The notes beneath the pieces were generated by a model. The model was not told the origin of the DNA. It worked only from the letters and a program-made list of their open reading frames with translations, and made no database searches. The position numbers and the translations under genes are program-made. Source: Octopus sinensis (taxonomy: Eukaryota). From it: 64,000 nucleotides of DNA. How positions within the stretch are numbered: the first letter of the stretch is position 1; every line of letters starts with the position of its first letter. Positions 45,747 to 58,465 of the stretch are shown one piece after another. The stretch covers positions 45,880,001 to 45,944,000 of the forward strand of contig NC_043015.1 of the NCBI RefSeq assembly GCF_006345805.1. Direction: 5' to 3'.

Positions 45747-45814
45747 AAAAATGTGCACATCACCCGTTTTCGGCGGGTAGGGTTACGTCGAAAACGGGTG
45801 GTGTACGTATTCTT
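45747..45814 (+). other. Pre-miRNA-like hairpin
   Basis: GCACATCACCCGTTTTCGGCG-ggtagggtta-CGTCGAAAACGGGTGGTGTAC: 20/21 paired including 2 G-U, plus a basal extension. Confidence 0.45.
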
Positions 45815-47390
45815 TACCCCCACCGTTATATCTTTACAGGTCAAGCAACCAGTCACATAGAAACTCCCTCGCTGGTTCCTCCTTTCCGTCAGTTTATTTA
45901 TTTAATCGAGTTTCTATATATTTTCCGTCTGATTTACCCCGCTCTGTTGTCAAGGAACTCTCTCTCTCTCTCTTTCTCTTTCGTTCGCTCAGTCTATCTA
46001 AAAATAGGAGCGACACAAAACGTTCACTCGTTGCCTAAATACGTTTGTATGGTATATGGTATGGAATGGTATGCATGTGTGTATTCCACAGAACTGACTT
46101 TGCATACAACCTTTCGGGGGTCGATGAAATAAATAAGTACCAGTTGAGTACCAGGTCGATATAATCGACTACACCAACCCCCACTCAAGATTTCAGACCT
46201 TATTCCTATAGAAAATATGTAATACATACATACATGTGTGTGTGTGTGTATGTATATATATATTTACGTGTGTGTGTGGTGTGTATATATATATATATAC
46301 ATATGTGTGTGTGTGTATATAGATATGTGTATATACATGTGTGTATATATACTTTATTTAAAAGTATATTACTCCTGGTATTTGAGTACTCTTTTTTCCA
46401 CTTTTTCACATTTATGTGTTTACTCCGGTATATATATTATATATACACACACACATACATACATACAGAATGGCGGTGCCCCAGCATGGCCACAGCTCGT
46501 GAGCTGAAACTAGATAAAATTAAATAAATATATATACACATATATGTATATATCCACACCACACACATTTCATTCCGGACACTTCTGTTTAGTCTAAGTG
46601 CAATGTGCGTATGTCTGTGTACGAGATAAGCTAAGCCACACTTCCTATCCTATTTCGTCTCTTGTGCACATGTGTGTATATATCTATCTGAGTGTGTGTG
46701 TGTGTCTGCCTATTTGTATCTATGGATTTTTAAAAATATATAGATGCAGGTGAATATATAAAGCTGTTAAAAGAAGCATTGGTCTAACTATTTGTGTTCG
46801 TCTCAACTAGTTTTGTTATATTCAGTGACTATAAAAAAAAAAAAACGCATTTCTTCCTAAACTTTTTTTTCATTCTATTTCATTTACTTATTTTTCTATT
46901 ATCCAACCTTTACTTGTTTCACTTGTTTTTAAATTTTTTTTCTCGTACATTTATTATTCTTCCCCTGTCGCATATTCATTCTTTTCTCTCTCGTTCCTTA
47001 GTTCTTTCTCACAATTGAGAAAAGCCTGACTATCCCACAAAAGACTCGTCTTTAAACTATTTAAATATATATAATCTATTCATCTTGTGTTAGTTGTAGG
47101 TCACTTTACCCACTGTTCCGTTCAGTCGGTCTCTCCCCCGGCTCTCTTACTCTCTTCATGAATAAAAAACTTGTCAAACTTATTTTATTTTATTATATTT
47201 TACTGATTCAACAACTGGAACTTTGGGTGTATTTGAAAGAAAAGAGAGGGAAAGATGCCTTTCTTCTCCGTTTCATTAATTTATTTCATAAATTAGCTGA
47301 ATAAATCAGCAACGGTGTTTGTCTTGCCTATCATGTGAGATAGTTCAAACTTTTCTTCTAGAATTGGGTCGTGAATCGGTTATAGCCTTT

Positions 47391-47935
47391 TAACTAAGCC
47401 ATGGGTAACCTGTATAGTCCACGGGACTTTCTGAATGGCCCGCCTGAACGAAAAATTACTAACTAGCCATGGGTAACCTGTACGGCCCACGGGACTTTCT
47501 GAATGGCACGCCTGATTGAAAACTTATTAACTAGCCTGGGTAACCTGTACGGCCCACGGGACTTTCTGAATGGCTCGCCTGAACGAACAATTATTAACTA
47601 GCCATGGGCAACCTGTACGGCCCACGGGACTTTCTGAATGGTACGCCTGAACGAACAATTATTAACTAGCCATGGGCAACCTGTACGGCCCACGGGACTT
47701 TCTGAATGGCACGCCTGATTGAAAACTTATTAACTAGCCATGGGTAACCTGTACGGCCCACGGGACTTTCTGAATGGCTCGCCTGAACGAAGAATCATTA
47801 ACTAGCCATGGGCAACCTGTACGGCCCACGGGACTTTCTGAATGGCACGCCTGATTGAAAACTTATTAACTAGCCTGGGTAACCTGTACGGCCCACGGGA
47901 CTTTCTGAATGGCAACGCCTGAACGAAAAATTATT
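47391..47935 (-). repeat. 8 x ~68-bp minisatellite; unit resembles a Helitron 3' terminus
   Basis: Minus-strand unit ends ...gtCCCGTGGGCCGTACAGGttacccatggCTAG|T. Confidence 0.8.
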
Positions 47936-48554
47936 CGTTTTTTTATGTATTTTTTTAATATTGCGACCCACTTCTCGAAAAAGTTGCCCCCTTTCAAAAA
48001 GAGAGAGCGAGCAAGCAAGTGGTGTTATCTATAATAAAATAGGTGTGGACAGCCCGTATCTTTACAATATGAAAGCCTTTAGTAAACGACAGCTCCCCGC
48101 TAGCTCCTATTTCGTTTCCTTTGCGAGGTGGGGCAAGCTATTCGGGTGTCATCTATACAACAATCTCCCCTTCATCTTAAAAGTCTGTCCTCATTCATTC
48201 CTGCTGCTTCTCTCTCTCCCTCTCTCGTTTACTTGCTCTCCCTCCTCTCTTTTTACACCCTCGCTTTCTCCTTCCCAATGTAGATATAAATTGTATAGAA
48301 AATACAGGTCACATACATACTTTGCATAGCTGTTATCTAGGTACGATTTGAGATATTCTCTCTTCTCTCTCTCTCAATACTAGACGAAAGAAACTGTTTT
48401 TGTTTTGTTTTTGTATTTGATGTTCTCTCACCGTGCGTGTGCACTTTTCTCGTTTTGTTAAAAGTTTAGCAAGTCACATGTCTTACCTTTTGAAGGGAGT
48501 GTACAATACAGGTGTGTTTATATATTAAATGCATGCACCGTGTAATGTGTGTGT

Positions 48555-48790
48555 TCATATATATATATACTTATTTGTGTGTAATATATATATATATACT
48601 TATTTGTGTGTAATATATATATATATACTTATTTGTGTGTAATATATATATATATACTTATTTGTGTGTAATATATATATATATATACTTATTTGTGTGT
48701 AATATATATATATATATACTTATTTGTGTGTAATATATATATATATATACTTATGTGTGTGTGTAATATATATACACTTATTTGTGTGTG
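48555..48790 (+). repeat. ~32-bp minisatellite ((TA)n CTTATTTGTGTGTAA)
   Basis: About 7 copies. Confidence 0.9.
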
Positions 48791-50059
48791 TAATATATAT
48801 ATGTATATATATTGTAGACTTATGTGTACTCGTGTCCCTTCTAAAAGGACCCGGGACAATACAAATTTTTGTGTAGACGTATAGACATCAAATCAATCCT
48901 GATGGAAGTTACACCAACGACCAAAGACATTCCAACCGTAGCCATCATGTCTTTTTTTTTTCTCTCTCAACCAATTTTTACCACCTTTGATTCCTTTTTT
49001 TTTTACTTACTCAGGTGGGCCCTCGTACCAATTCGATGTAAATTCCTACTATATATTTTTTAAAAATTAAATATAAAGGAAATTGTATTAGAAAAATCAA
49101 AATATTTTGTCTTGCAGAAGCAGTTTATTGCACATAAACTTTAACAATTTTGTATAGACTCCCGATTGAGAACTACTGATTTTAGATTTACACTGTGTTC
49201 CTTAGAGACAAACAGCGTGACTTAGGGGTGATTTACTCGCTATTTACCAACAGGTTGAACAGACAGATAGGAAACAAAAATTGGATCTTTTCGCTTATGT
49301 ACACACACACATGTGCGTGGGGTGGGATATCTTCAATTTTACAAACTTATTGTTATTCCACTTAAAATTACTGTTAGATATTTCATTTAAAGACTTAGCC
49401 AAATTCTAAGATTCCAAGAGCATGTTCATTTGTCTTTAAGTTTTCGGTAAATCTTTTGTATACCGGCTGTTTTATATTTTTTCTTAAACTTTTGATGGGT
49501 TTGGACTTTAAGATCTTTTGCAGAAAGATAACCCGCCATTTTTTTTTTTTTCCTAATTTCCTAATTAAAGAAAAGTAATAATTCATTTTAATTTTTCTGC
49601 GTAATTTATCTACTGACGGTTACAGAGTAGGATTTAACTATCTCTCACACGAGGTTCTCAACGTATTAATTTAACTTGCAAGAAAAGGCTACCAAATTTT
49701 TCACATAAACACTCAATAAATGCTTTTGAACAGGGAAGAAGGACGTGGTCTGAAATAAGTCAAGATGGTTCCTGACTCTTTATCAGGACTTGACCTAAGA
49801 TTAGCAACTATGTAGGTCATCACCTGTCCTTGAATCTTATGATGCAACTGACTAGAGTTAAGCAATCACATTATCTGTAAAAGGATATTAGATAAGTTTA
49901 TATCCTTTCAAAAGTCCATTTTCATTAGGTGAATATGTTTCACCTTTCCTCATATGTGGACGCCGAGGTAAATGTGATTGGAACCACAACTTTTCTTAGA
50001 TCTTAGAGTTTGTTGGAGCCTCTTTGTAGTCACAACCTTTTAGAAGTAGCAGCCAAATC

Positions 50060-50475
50060 GGATCTTTTCGGTTTGACCGGCAGTTTTTTAAAATAATTTC
50101 CACGTAACTAAACACTTTTATACTTCGTATACTGGTAGAATGTGTTTTTTTTTTTAAAACATCTTTTTCTCTTGGCTTTATTGAGAAAATTCTATAAGTT
50201 TGTAAGATATTTGTTGTTTTTTCTTCAATTTCTGCACTTTCAACCAATCAGTGACGTCTATTGAGTTAAAAAGCATTCTGTGCCGTATGAATATGTCCCT
50301 CGTTTAAGAAACGGATTGGGTTTATTTACATTTGTGAAGAAAAAAAGATACCTTACCCCCACTCCTAACCCTAAAACAGATTGAAATGCAATAGATCGAT
50401 ACTAGGGTCATAATTATGGGTGACAATTTCATATGACACCGTTAGAAAAAACTGCCGTTCAAACCGAAAAGATCG
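50060..50475 (+). mobile_element. Same MITE
   Basis: TSD GCCAAATC at 50052-50059 and 50476-50483. Confidence 0.92.
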
Positions 50476-50746
50476 GCCAAATCTCCCTCAAATCAAGCCC
50501 TATTGTCTCGAGTATAAATATTAAAAAGCAATACTTATTGGACTATTAGTGCTGGCATACCTTTTAATAAGTCTGCTCGGTCTTGTTAACTGATAACTAA
50601 TTTGCTATTTTGAGCATTTATACTATGTAATGATACAATGCAGTTTAGACACATGAATGGGTACAGGCACGGTTGTGTGGTTCAGAAGTTTCCCTTGCAG
50701 CCATGGAAGGTGCGATATACATGAAGAATATTTTAAGGATCTTGGG

Positions 50747-50980
50747 AATAGGAAATCCTCTAGCGGTCCCCAGCCGCAAGTATATCCCTGTTGGGAGACA
50801 GTCAAGGTTGATCTGGAACCCAATCTAGGCCCCCATATCTACGGCGTTCGCCGCTGGAATAAGGAGTGGTTGGAGATCGCGCGGTCGTTAGCCTCAAATC
50901 GGCAGGCCTGGTCAGCGTTTGTGAGATATGCAGCATTGAGGATGAATGAAGCCAGCTCAACCCACCCCGGGTGAGTGCTG
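50747..50980 (+). mobile_element. LINE ORF2 C-terminal remnant (RTE/RTEX-like)
   Basis: WETVKVDLEP...WNKEWLEIARSLASNRQAWSAFVR. Confidence 0.7.
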
Positions 50981-51399
50981 TCTCAAGTCTTGCAGCCATA
51001 TAGCTTAGGGATTGGTCCCACCGTGTGGCACTGAGCCTGGCCAGTGCGCTGTAAAGTTGAATTGAATAGATGAAAAGTAAAGACTCCTGTCGCATGTATT
51101 TGATTAATTTTGACTCGCTAATTGCAAACAGTTGTTGTTCATGCTTAGAAAAAAAAAATTATTTGCAATCGTTTGTGGAAACATGTCTGGTCATTGAGCC
51201 GTTTCATGTCCGAAGGACTAGAGGGAAATATTATTTACTAGCTTGAAAAATGTCTGTCAGCAAATGGAAAAGAATTTGACCAAAGAAAATTGTCCTTAAA
51301 CATAGTGGACCATTAAGTGGATAAGCGTCTGTAATTATACATGTATTTGGGTTGGGGGCAAGGTTTAATGGGCCTTTTCTGGGACACTCATTGCAGTCC

Positions 51400-51640
51400 A
51401 TTGTCCGCTTTCGCGGAGTTAAACACTGAAATTTTTCACCTTCTCATATCTTCCTTGGGTCTTTTCTGCTGCCTGTTCATATTTTTCCAAGCATGTTTCT
51501 CTGGCACACTGCATCCGATTCCTCTCACCTTCAATGTTTCTTGCATGCAGAAGATGCTCACTTCTCTTTCCAGCATTTCAAACATCCTCCACATTAAACG
51601 CTTGTGCTTTCCTCCCATGCTTGTGTACAATCCTCCATCA
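51400..51640 (-). mobile_element. LINE apurinic-endonuclease N-terminal remnant
   Basis: EMLEREVSIFCMQETLKVRG resembles the conserved vDIcCiQEtrw motif. Confidence 0.5.
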
Positions 51641-51847
51641 TAGGTTATATTTTTCACTTGGAAGACAATCTAGCTGAGTACCCTTCTCTATTTGCAATTC
51701 ACATAGAGCAACGGTCCTTAACCAGGGCCCTTATGACTCTTGTGAATCCATGTAAGATTTTGCTAAACTTTGTGCAATAAATTGGTTATGCTTCTACAGT
51801 GCATCAAATAAATAAATCTAACAATTTTTTAAATAGAATTCCTAATA

Positions 51848-52220
51848 TCTCTCTCTATATAAACGGCAAAATGTCTGTGTGTGTGTGTGTGTCTCCTTTA
51901 TACAAATCAACAATTTTTCAGTTAGAGGGCTCACACTTTCTATGGTTATTCAAAACCGTCCAAAGGTGGTTGTGCACATCTTTACATTTCCCCAGTCACC
52001 CCGCAAAGCCATTAAAAAATCAATAGAAGTGACTTTTTTGTGAATTTTCTATCCAAAACCCAATCAAAATGCCCAAAACTTGATACACCAATTGAATGCA
52101 AGCTAGCTGTATGTGATTGGTCGGAGATTTGGACAGTACTCGCGTGTATGTGCGCACGCACACAGCTGTATATGCATGCACTAGCACTATAACCAGGCGT
52201 TGCTGGGTCATAGAGCTAGT
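51848..52220 (+). mobile_element. Helitron/Helentron-like non-autonomous element
   Basis: Starts TC...TATATAAACGGCAAAATGTCTG(TG)n and ends GCGTTGCTGGGTCATAGAGCTAGT; no TSD. Confidence 0.5.
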
Positions 52221-53156
52221 TTGATTATAAAAATATAATAGAATTTTTAAAGCATCAATCGAATGGTTATGGGGGTTCACCCGAGCAAAATAGGAATCAA
52301 AGGTCCAAAGGTAAAAAAAAAAATAGTTGAGTATCACTATCTAAAAGCTGGAAATTGTCAGGTGCTTCTAGAATGATGCTAAACATCCAAAATATTTTTT
52401 CCTAGGTACTCTTGTACAAATACAAAGTCCTATCAGCATGCCTCTGATTCCACTTGAATCTCTTATGCACCCGTAGTTTGCTTGCATATGGTACAGCATA
52501 TGCAAGTCCTATGTTCTTTTCTGCAGATCAAGCATAGTCCATTGTTCGATGGCTATGGAGGAGTCCTGTCTTCTTTCTTGCCAGCTGAAACATTTGTCTT
52601 TGCTAGTATTAAAGATATTGATTCGTATGCCCTGTTTCTACGTTCACAATTTCAATTCTTTGACAGATTTTGCTTAGAGAATTAGGTCATTACATGTAGT
52701 TTCTTGTATACAACAGATCATAAGTGCCACTGTCGCGTCTTGGTCAACTGATAGCCAAAACCGGGCTATTTTAATAATCAGAGTAACCTTCATAATTTTA
52801 TTGAATTAGTTGCATATTTTGCCACAAAAGGAAAATGTTACTATCGATCTATTTCATTCAGGGCAGGCACTGCCTACCTTGCTTACCTAAGCCCTTACCT
52901 TGCTTACCTAAGTCCTTGATATTGACTCATCATTATCATTTAATGTCCACTTTTTCTGTCTTGCATGGGTCAGACAGTTTGTTGCAGTAGATTTTCCTAC
53001 AACTGCATGTGCATGTCACCAACCTGCATCTGTTTCTAAGCAAGGCAATATTTCCCCCATGGCCAGACATGTTCACGGAAGACTTGAAATGAGAGCACTG
53101 CTTGTATGGGGGTGATACTCGTTTACAGACAGTACATATCTAAACAAGTGTACATA

Positions 53157-53505
53157 GAAATACATCATCGTTTAATGTTCGTTTTCCATGCTAGCGTGTG
53201 TTGGACGGTTCGACTGGGGTCTGGGAAGCCAGGAGGCTGCGCCAGGCTCCAGTCTGGTCTAGCAGTGTTTCTACAGCTGGATGTCCTTCCTAACGCCAAC
53301 CACTCGGTGAGTGTAGTGGGTGCTTTTTACATGCCACCGGCACAGGGGCCCAGAGGAGGCTGGCAAACGGCCATGATCGGTTAGTGCTTTTTTTACGTGT
53401 CACCGACACAGATGCCAGTCAGGTGTTGCTGGCATTGGCCACGTTCGGATGGTGCTCTTTACGTGCTGCCGGCGCGGGTATCACAGCTACAATTTCCATT
53501 TGATT
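53157..53505 (-). mobile_element. LINE 3'UTR/SINE-like family D
   Basis: Reverse complement of 58140-58465, with internal gtgccggtggcac(g/a)taaaaagcacc repeats. Confidence 0.75.
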
Positions 53506-53634
53506 TCATTTTATGTACATAGAAATACATTTTATATATATACATGCATGAATAGACGAAGGCCAGTTTCTTTGTTTCTGTCTACCACATCCACTTGCAT
53601 GTGTGCTTGAGTATTTATTTTAATATCCATCTTC

Positions 53635-54183
53635 GGATCTTTTCACTTTGACCGGCAGATTTTTAAATAATTTCTATGTAACTGAAAAATATTAAACTTC
53701 GTATACTAGTAGAATGTTATAAAATATCTTTTTCTCTTGGCTTTCTTGAGAAAATTCTGTAGTTTGTAACATATTTGTTAATTTCTTGTATTTCGGCAAT
53801 TTCAACCAATCAATGACGTCTATTGAGGTGAAAACAATATCTGCTGTAACATTTTCTGGCGGCATCATATGAAAATGTCTGTTTTTTTATGAGAAAAAAA
53901 GATACCCTGTGGCCATAAACTGAGGGGTTACTTGTAAACAGAGCTGGATAACAAAACCGTTCCCTCTTTAGTGTCCCCCCCATAATTATGACCCTAGTAT
54001 CGATCTATTGCATTTGATTCTGTTTTAGGGTTAGGGGTGTGGGAAGGGTATCTTTTTTTTTTCTTCAGAAATATAAATAAACCCAATCTGTTTCTTAAAA
54101 ACGAATATATATGTAACAAGAGACATTTTCATATGTTACACAGAAATTATTTTTAAAATCTGCTGGTCAAAGTGAAAAGACCC
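53635..54183. mobile_element. Older, rearranged relative of the same MITE
   Basis: TIR variant GGATCTTTTCACTTTGACCGGCAGATTTT / AATCTGCTGGTCAAAGTGAAAAGACCC; TSD CCATCTTC vs TCATCTTT; internal segments in both orientations. Confidence 0.75.
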
Positions 54184-54783
54184 TCATCTTTTATATTTGT
54201 ATGGGTTGTCCAACATTGTATGTATGTGTGTGTGTGTCCACTGTTCAATATGTCCATCTCTGATTTAAGACAACTGGGTATGATTTGAAATTTGTCTATC
54301 GAAAGATTTAGGTGACCATGTGAACGCTCCCTTGTTTATATAGATATATAGTGTATGTGCACACATGTATCTATTTTTATTGACAATGAAAGCTATTGTG
54401 AGCAATTAAAAAATGTTCTAATTAAAAAAAAAAAGCTACCTTTCTTTACGATGCCATTAGCCATGTGCTTAATGCTCTTGTGACCCATCTGTTTGACATG
54501 CTGTCACGTGTGCGAATTGTTAATGTTTTGTATTAAAGTGTAGAGCTTTTAGGTTTCACAATGGTTTAAAAACTTAGCATTTTGAACAGATTACCATTAT
54601 CTGAATCTGTCATTTTCAATGAGACAACTACACGGAGTATGTGTATTGACCAGAGCTTGTATATTGTATTCTCTGTTGCATAAGACCAATGCAAACACAC
54701 TACATAGGTCAATACTTAAATAGTATATTGACAGTACACTATTTGTTGGCAAATGCATGTTAGATGTTCACCAATTTATCTAG

Positions 54784-54819
<36 letters not shown>

Positions 54820-55240
54820 TTATTTATTAGGTTTGGAGATGATGTACAGGTATTTTATATTAGAAGAAATGAGGTACTCAGAAATTGTGATGGTTTTATA
54901 TTTACAGATATTTATTTGTATTTATTTTATCTAGTTTCAGCTCACGAGCTGTGGCCATGCTGGGGCACCACATCATATATTAGTGCTTTCACCCATTCTA
55001 GTGGGGTTTTCAAATTGAACTAAGTTTTGGGGGGAAAATTTGACCATTTTATAGTGTTGAGTGTGTAGTGGTGGGGTGGGATATAAGATAGTACAAGGGG
55101 TGATGAATGGGGAGAAAGTGAGAGAGCATGTGTGTGTGCGTGTATGTGTATATATATGTATGTATGTATGTATATATGTATGTTGGCAATTCATGTACAT
55201 GTGTGTATATTGTGTGTATATGTGTGAATATATATATATA

Positions 55241-55990
55241 CAGGGTGCATTGAATAAATTAAGTTATGCAAAAATGAAGGTAACACTGACATCTCAATTT
55301 AACAGATATATTTACCAAAATTACATAAAAATATCTTGAAATACTAAAGAGTAAATTTATTCAATAAAATCGCCATTGGTTTCAACCATGGCCTCCAGAC
55401 GACCTTGTAATCTCCTGCGACTCATCTGGATGGTCTCCTTGTTTGAGTTGTTGAATGCTGCCGTAATTGTTGCTTTGAGTTCATCTTTGGTGTTACAAGG
55501 AGTTTTGGTCTCTCGCTCAACTGTGCCCCATACATAATAATCAAGGGGTTGCAGTGTGGGGAGTTAGGTGACCAGATGTTAAGGGTGGTTTGGTCGCAGA
55601 AATTGTCTGACATCCATGACTGGGTTCTCCTGCTTGTGTGGCCTGATGCAGAGGCCTGTTGCCAGACATAAGGTCTTCCAGCAGCTACCCTCTTCACCCA
55701 GGGCAGCACTACCTCCTCCAGGCATTTGATGTAGACCTCCATGTTGAGTCTGAGGTCATGTGGGAAGGTGGAGGCATAATGTTGCCATCACTAGTGATCA
55801 CTCCAAACACTGGCTGTTTGATTTTTGTTTTGTCTCGGTACATGTCCTCAGATGGAGACTCAAACACTCTGACATATTCATATTAAAACTTCCAGCATGA
55901 ATGCCAAGCTTACAGCATGTCATTTCCAAATTTCTGGCAGTGAATCGCATCATGTTGTTTTTCTCATGTAGTGCCCAACTGACCCTACTA
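55241..55990 (-). mobile_element. Tc1/mariner DD37D (maT-type) transposon remnant
   Basis: VFGVITSDG..YIKCLEEVVLPWVKRVAAGRPYVWQQ(A)SA..HTSRRTQSW...W(S)PNSP(H)CNPL(D)YYVWG; 37 residues between the 2nd and 3rd catalytic positions; frameshifts; end TA|CAGGGTG at 55241. Confidence 0.85.
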
Positions 55991-56992
55991 TACTGTGTAA
56001 TGGACAAAATTAAAAACAATATGCAAAATAAAAAATATAAAATAGCAACAATTTACCCACCACATCCTGTGTGTCTGTGTATAATAGTCAATACATGTGC
56101 ACCCACCCACACACAAACTGTTTGACAAATCAATGCAAAAGAAATCCACACCAAACAAAAAAAAAAAATCAAACAAGTGTTCCACTACATACTTGAATGA
56201 AAAGCCATTCAACAAAATCACTTTCAGCCACTGGGGGCAGGGTTTCCTCGCCTTCACCAATGTCTCGGACACAGTCTGGGAGGTTTCCTGATTTGTGATC
56301 TACCTTCTCCCTGTCCTCCCATCATGTATAATTTGTACTTGATGACTTTATATATACACCACATGGCTCCACCCTGAGCTGCTCAGCCACTGGGCCTCTG
56401 CTGGCTGGGAATATCATCCATCCTGGACTTCTGACTGGAAGTGTTTGTTTCCTTTCGGAGATGGACAATACCTCTCAAGACCTCTAGCTCTCTCCTCGAC
56501 CCTGAGCACAAACCGTGTTCAAGAAGCTAGCCATCAAGTTGGTTTCATTGATGTCCAGAGGCCAAGTGCAGATTGTTGTTGTTGTAGAAGTAGCTGAAAG
56601 GGTTAAGGAAGTTTGAATTTGACTCCTGATACATACGAAACCTTGTTGGATAATCTTCCATATATGAACTAACTGTTAGAGCTTATTCTTAAATGACAAA
56701 TATACATTGTATTTGTGTATACATGTGAGTTTCAGTGCACATATTTACACATGTTCAGGTGCACTGCATCCCTGCTTGTCATAAGAGATGGTAGGACATC
56801 CAGCTATGAAACCTTCTTGGGTAACCCTTCCAGCCTTTTCTATCACAGAAGAATGCACATAAAATATTTCAGTACATTTGCATATATGTACACATACATA
56901 TATTCATGCATACACTCTAAATACATATTTATACATATATGTATGTACTGTATATATGTGTCTATAAATGTGTGTGTGTGTATGTCTATAAA

Positions 56993-57035
<43 letters not shown>

Positions 57036-57086
57036 TTAATTTTATTTGTTAGAGAATAAAAATTCCGGCATAACAGGGGTTCAAAT

Positions 57087-57249
57087 TATATATATTTTCA
57101 TTTAGAGATAGTAGACCCCTTCATCTCACCATATAAAAAACAATTTTTATTTCAAATACCAAGTTATATAGTAGGTATTTAAAATAAAAGTTCGTTTTTA
57201 TATGGTGAGATGAAGGGGCTTACTATCTTTAAATGAATATATATATATA
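57087..57249. repeat. ~74-bp-arm palindrome flanked by (TA)n (MITE-like)
   Basis: gatagtagaccccttcatctcaccatataaaaa...aaatacc / ggtattt...tttttatatggtgagatgaaggggcttactatc; 13-nt loop. Confidence 0.9.
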
Positions 57250-57989
57250 TAGCAGATGTGCCCTTTTTAGAATCCATAGCTCAGTGTTGTAGCAGTTGTA
57301 CTTAGCTGAACTTGAACCTACAGTATCAGGGAACTGTGCATTGATATGATGGCAAAGTTGTTTTACAGTTAAGATTCGCTAAATCTTTACTAAGCAAGTT
57401 GTACTGTGCCAGAATATTGTCTTTTATTCTGTAATGAATAACTCAAAAATAGTGTGATCCATAACATCTCAAGTGTATATAACAAAGAACTTAATTTTCA
57501 AAGATATTCTCTCCTGAGACTGCCTTTTCAGTATTGCCCATGTGGATTAGAACACACAGAAAAAAAAAAAAAAATTGCTGTTTCAAGTTTTTCATATTTC
57601 TCTAAACATTCAATAATCTTCCAGTTTTCAAAATAGCCATAATGCCACTGCCTAATATAGAAACAGAAAACCAATCTATTCTGGGTTCCTTTCTTTGAAT
57701 GAAGGTGCATGAATTATCATTTGCTTTCTTTCACTGCTTGACATAGTTTTAATTTGTCTACCAGAAACTCTGTGAATTAGGCTTGAAGTAAAATATAATT
57801 CAACTTGGCCTGGCTTTTAGATATTTTGCATATTATTATTATAACTACATGCATTAGCAAAAGCATCATTTTCAATGTGGTGCATTTACTCCATCTAAAA
57901 AAAGTGTGCATTGTAATGCATTTTGAGTTTCACATTTGAATCTAAACAGACTGATGGCTATAAGCTCTGGCAACAATAATCATGTTCAC

Positions 57990-58465
57990 TTCGAAGACCT
58001 GACAAATGAAGTGAGTTCATGGCTCGCAGGACGGCCTGCTGTGCTAACCTTGGATCATACAGTGACCCGCTGTTCTTGAGGAGACCTGTTGAGTCAAGTA
58101 CATCATCAAAATAAAAATTCAAATGGAAATTGTAGTTAAGACACTCGTACCGGTAACACGTAAAAAGCACCGTCCGAACGTGGCAGATACTAGCGCCACC
58201 TGACTGGCGTCCGTGTCAGTGACATGTAAAGGTACCAACCAATCGTGGCCGTTTGCCAGCCTGCTCTGGCCCCTGTGCCGGTGGCACATAAAAAACACCC
58301 ACTACACTCATGGAGTGGTTGGCGTTTGGAAGGGCATCCAGCTGTAGAAACACTGCCAAATCAGAGTAGAGCCTGGTGCAGTCTCCATGGCTTACCAGAC
58401 CCCGGTCGAACTGTCCAACCCATGCTAGCATGGAAAATGGATGTTAAATGATGATGATGATGATT
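57990..58465 (+). mobile_element. LINE 3' end family D with (TGA)n tail
   Basis: Internal tandem ...acgtaaaaagcacc repeats, gaagggcatccagctgtagaaac, ending catggaaaatggatgttaaatgatgatgatga. Confidence 0.75.

Noticed and set aside
49015-49037. 23-nt candidate exon (polypyrimidine-CAG|GTGGGCCCTCGTACCAATTCGAT|GTAAAT) as QKI exon 2
   Set aside because: It would encode GGPSYQFD rather than the conserved EI.(R/K)VR continuation and would shift the frame. Weak donor; only RNA-seq junctions could rescue it as a poison micro-exon.
56170-56530. GC-richer stretch possibly from a LINE or host exon
   Set aside because: No recognisable motif, open frame or splice pair could be supported.
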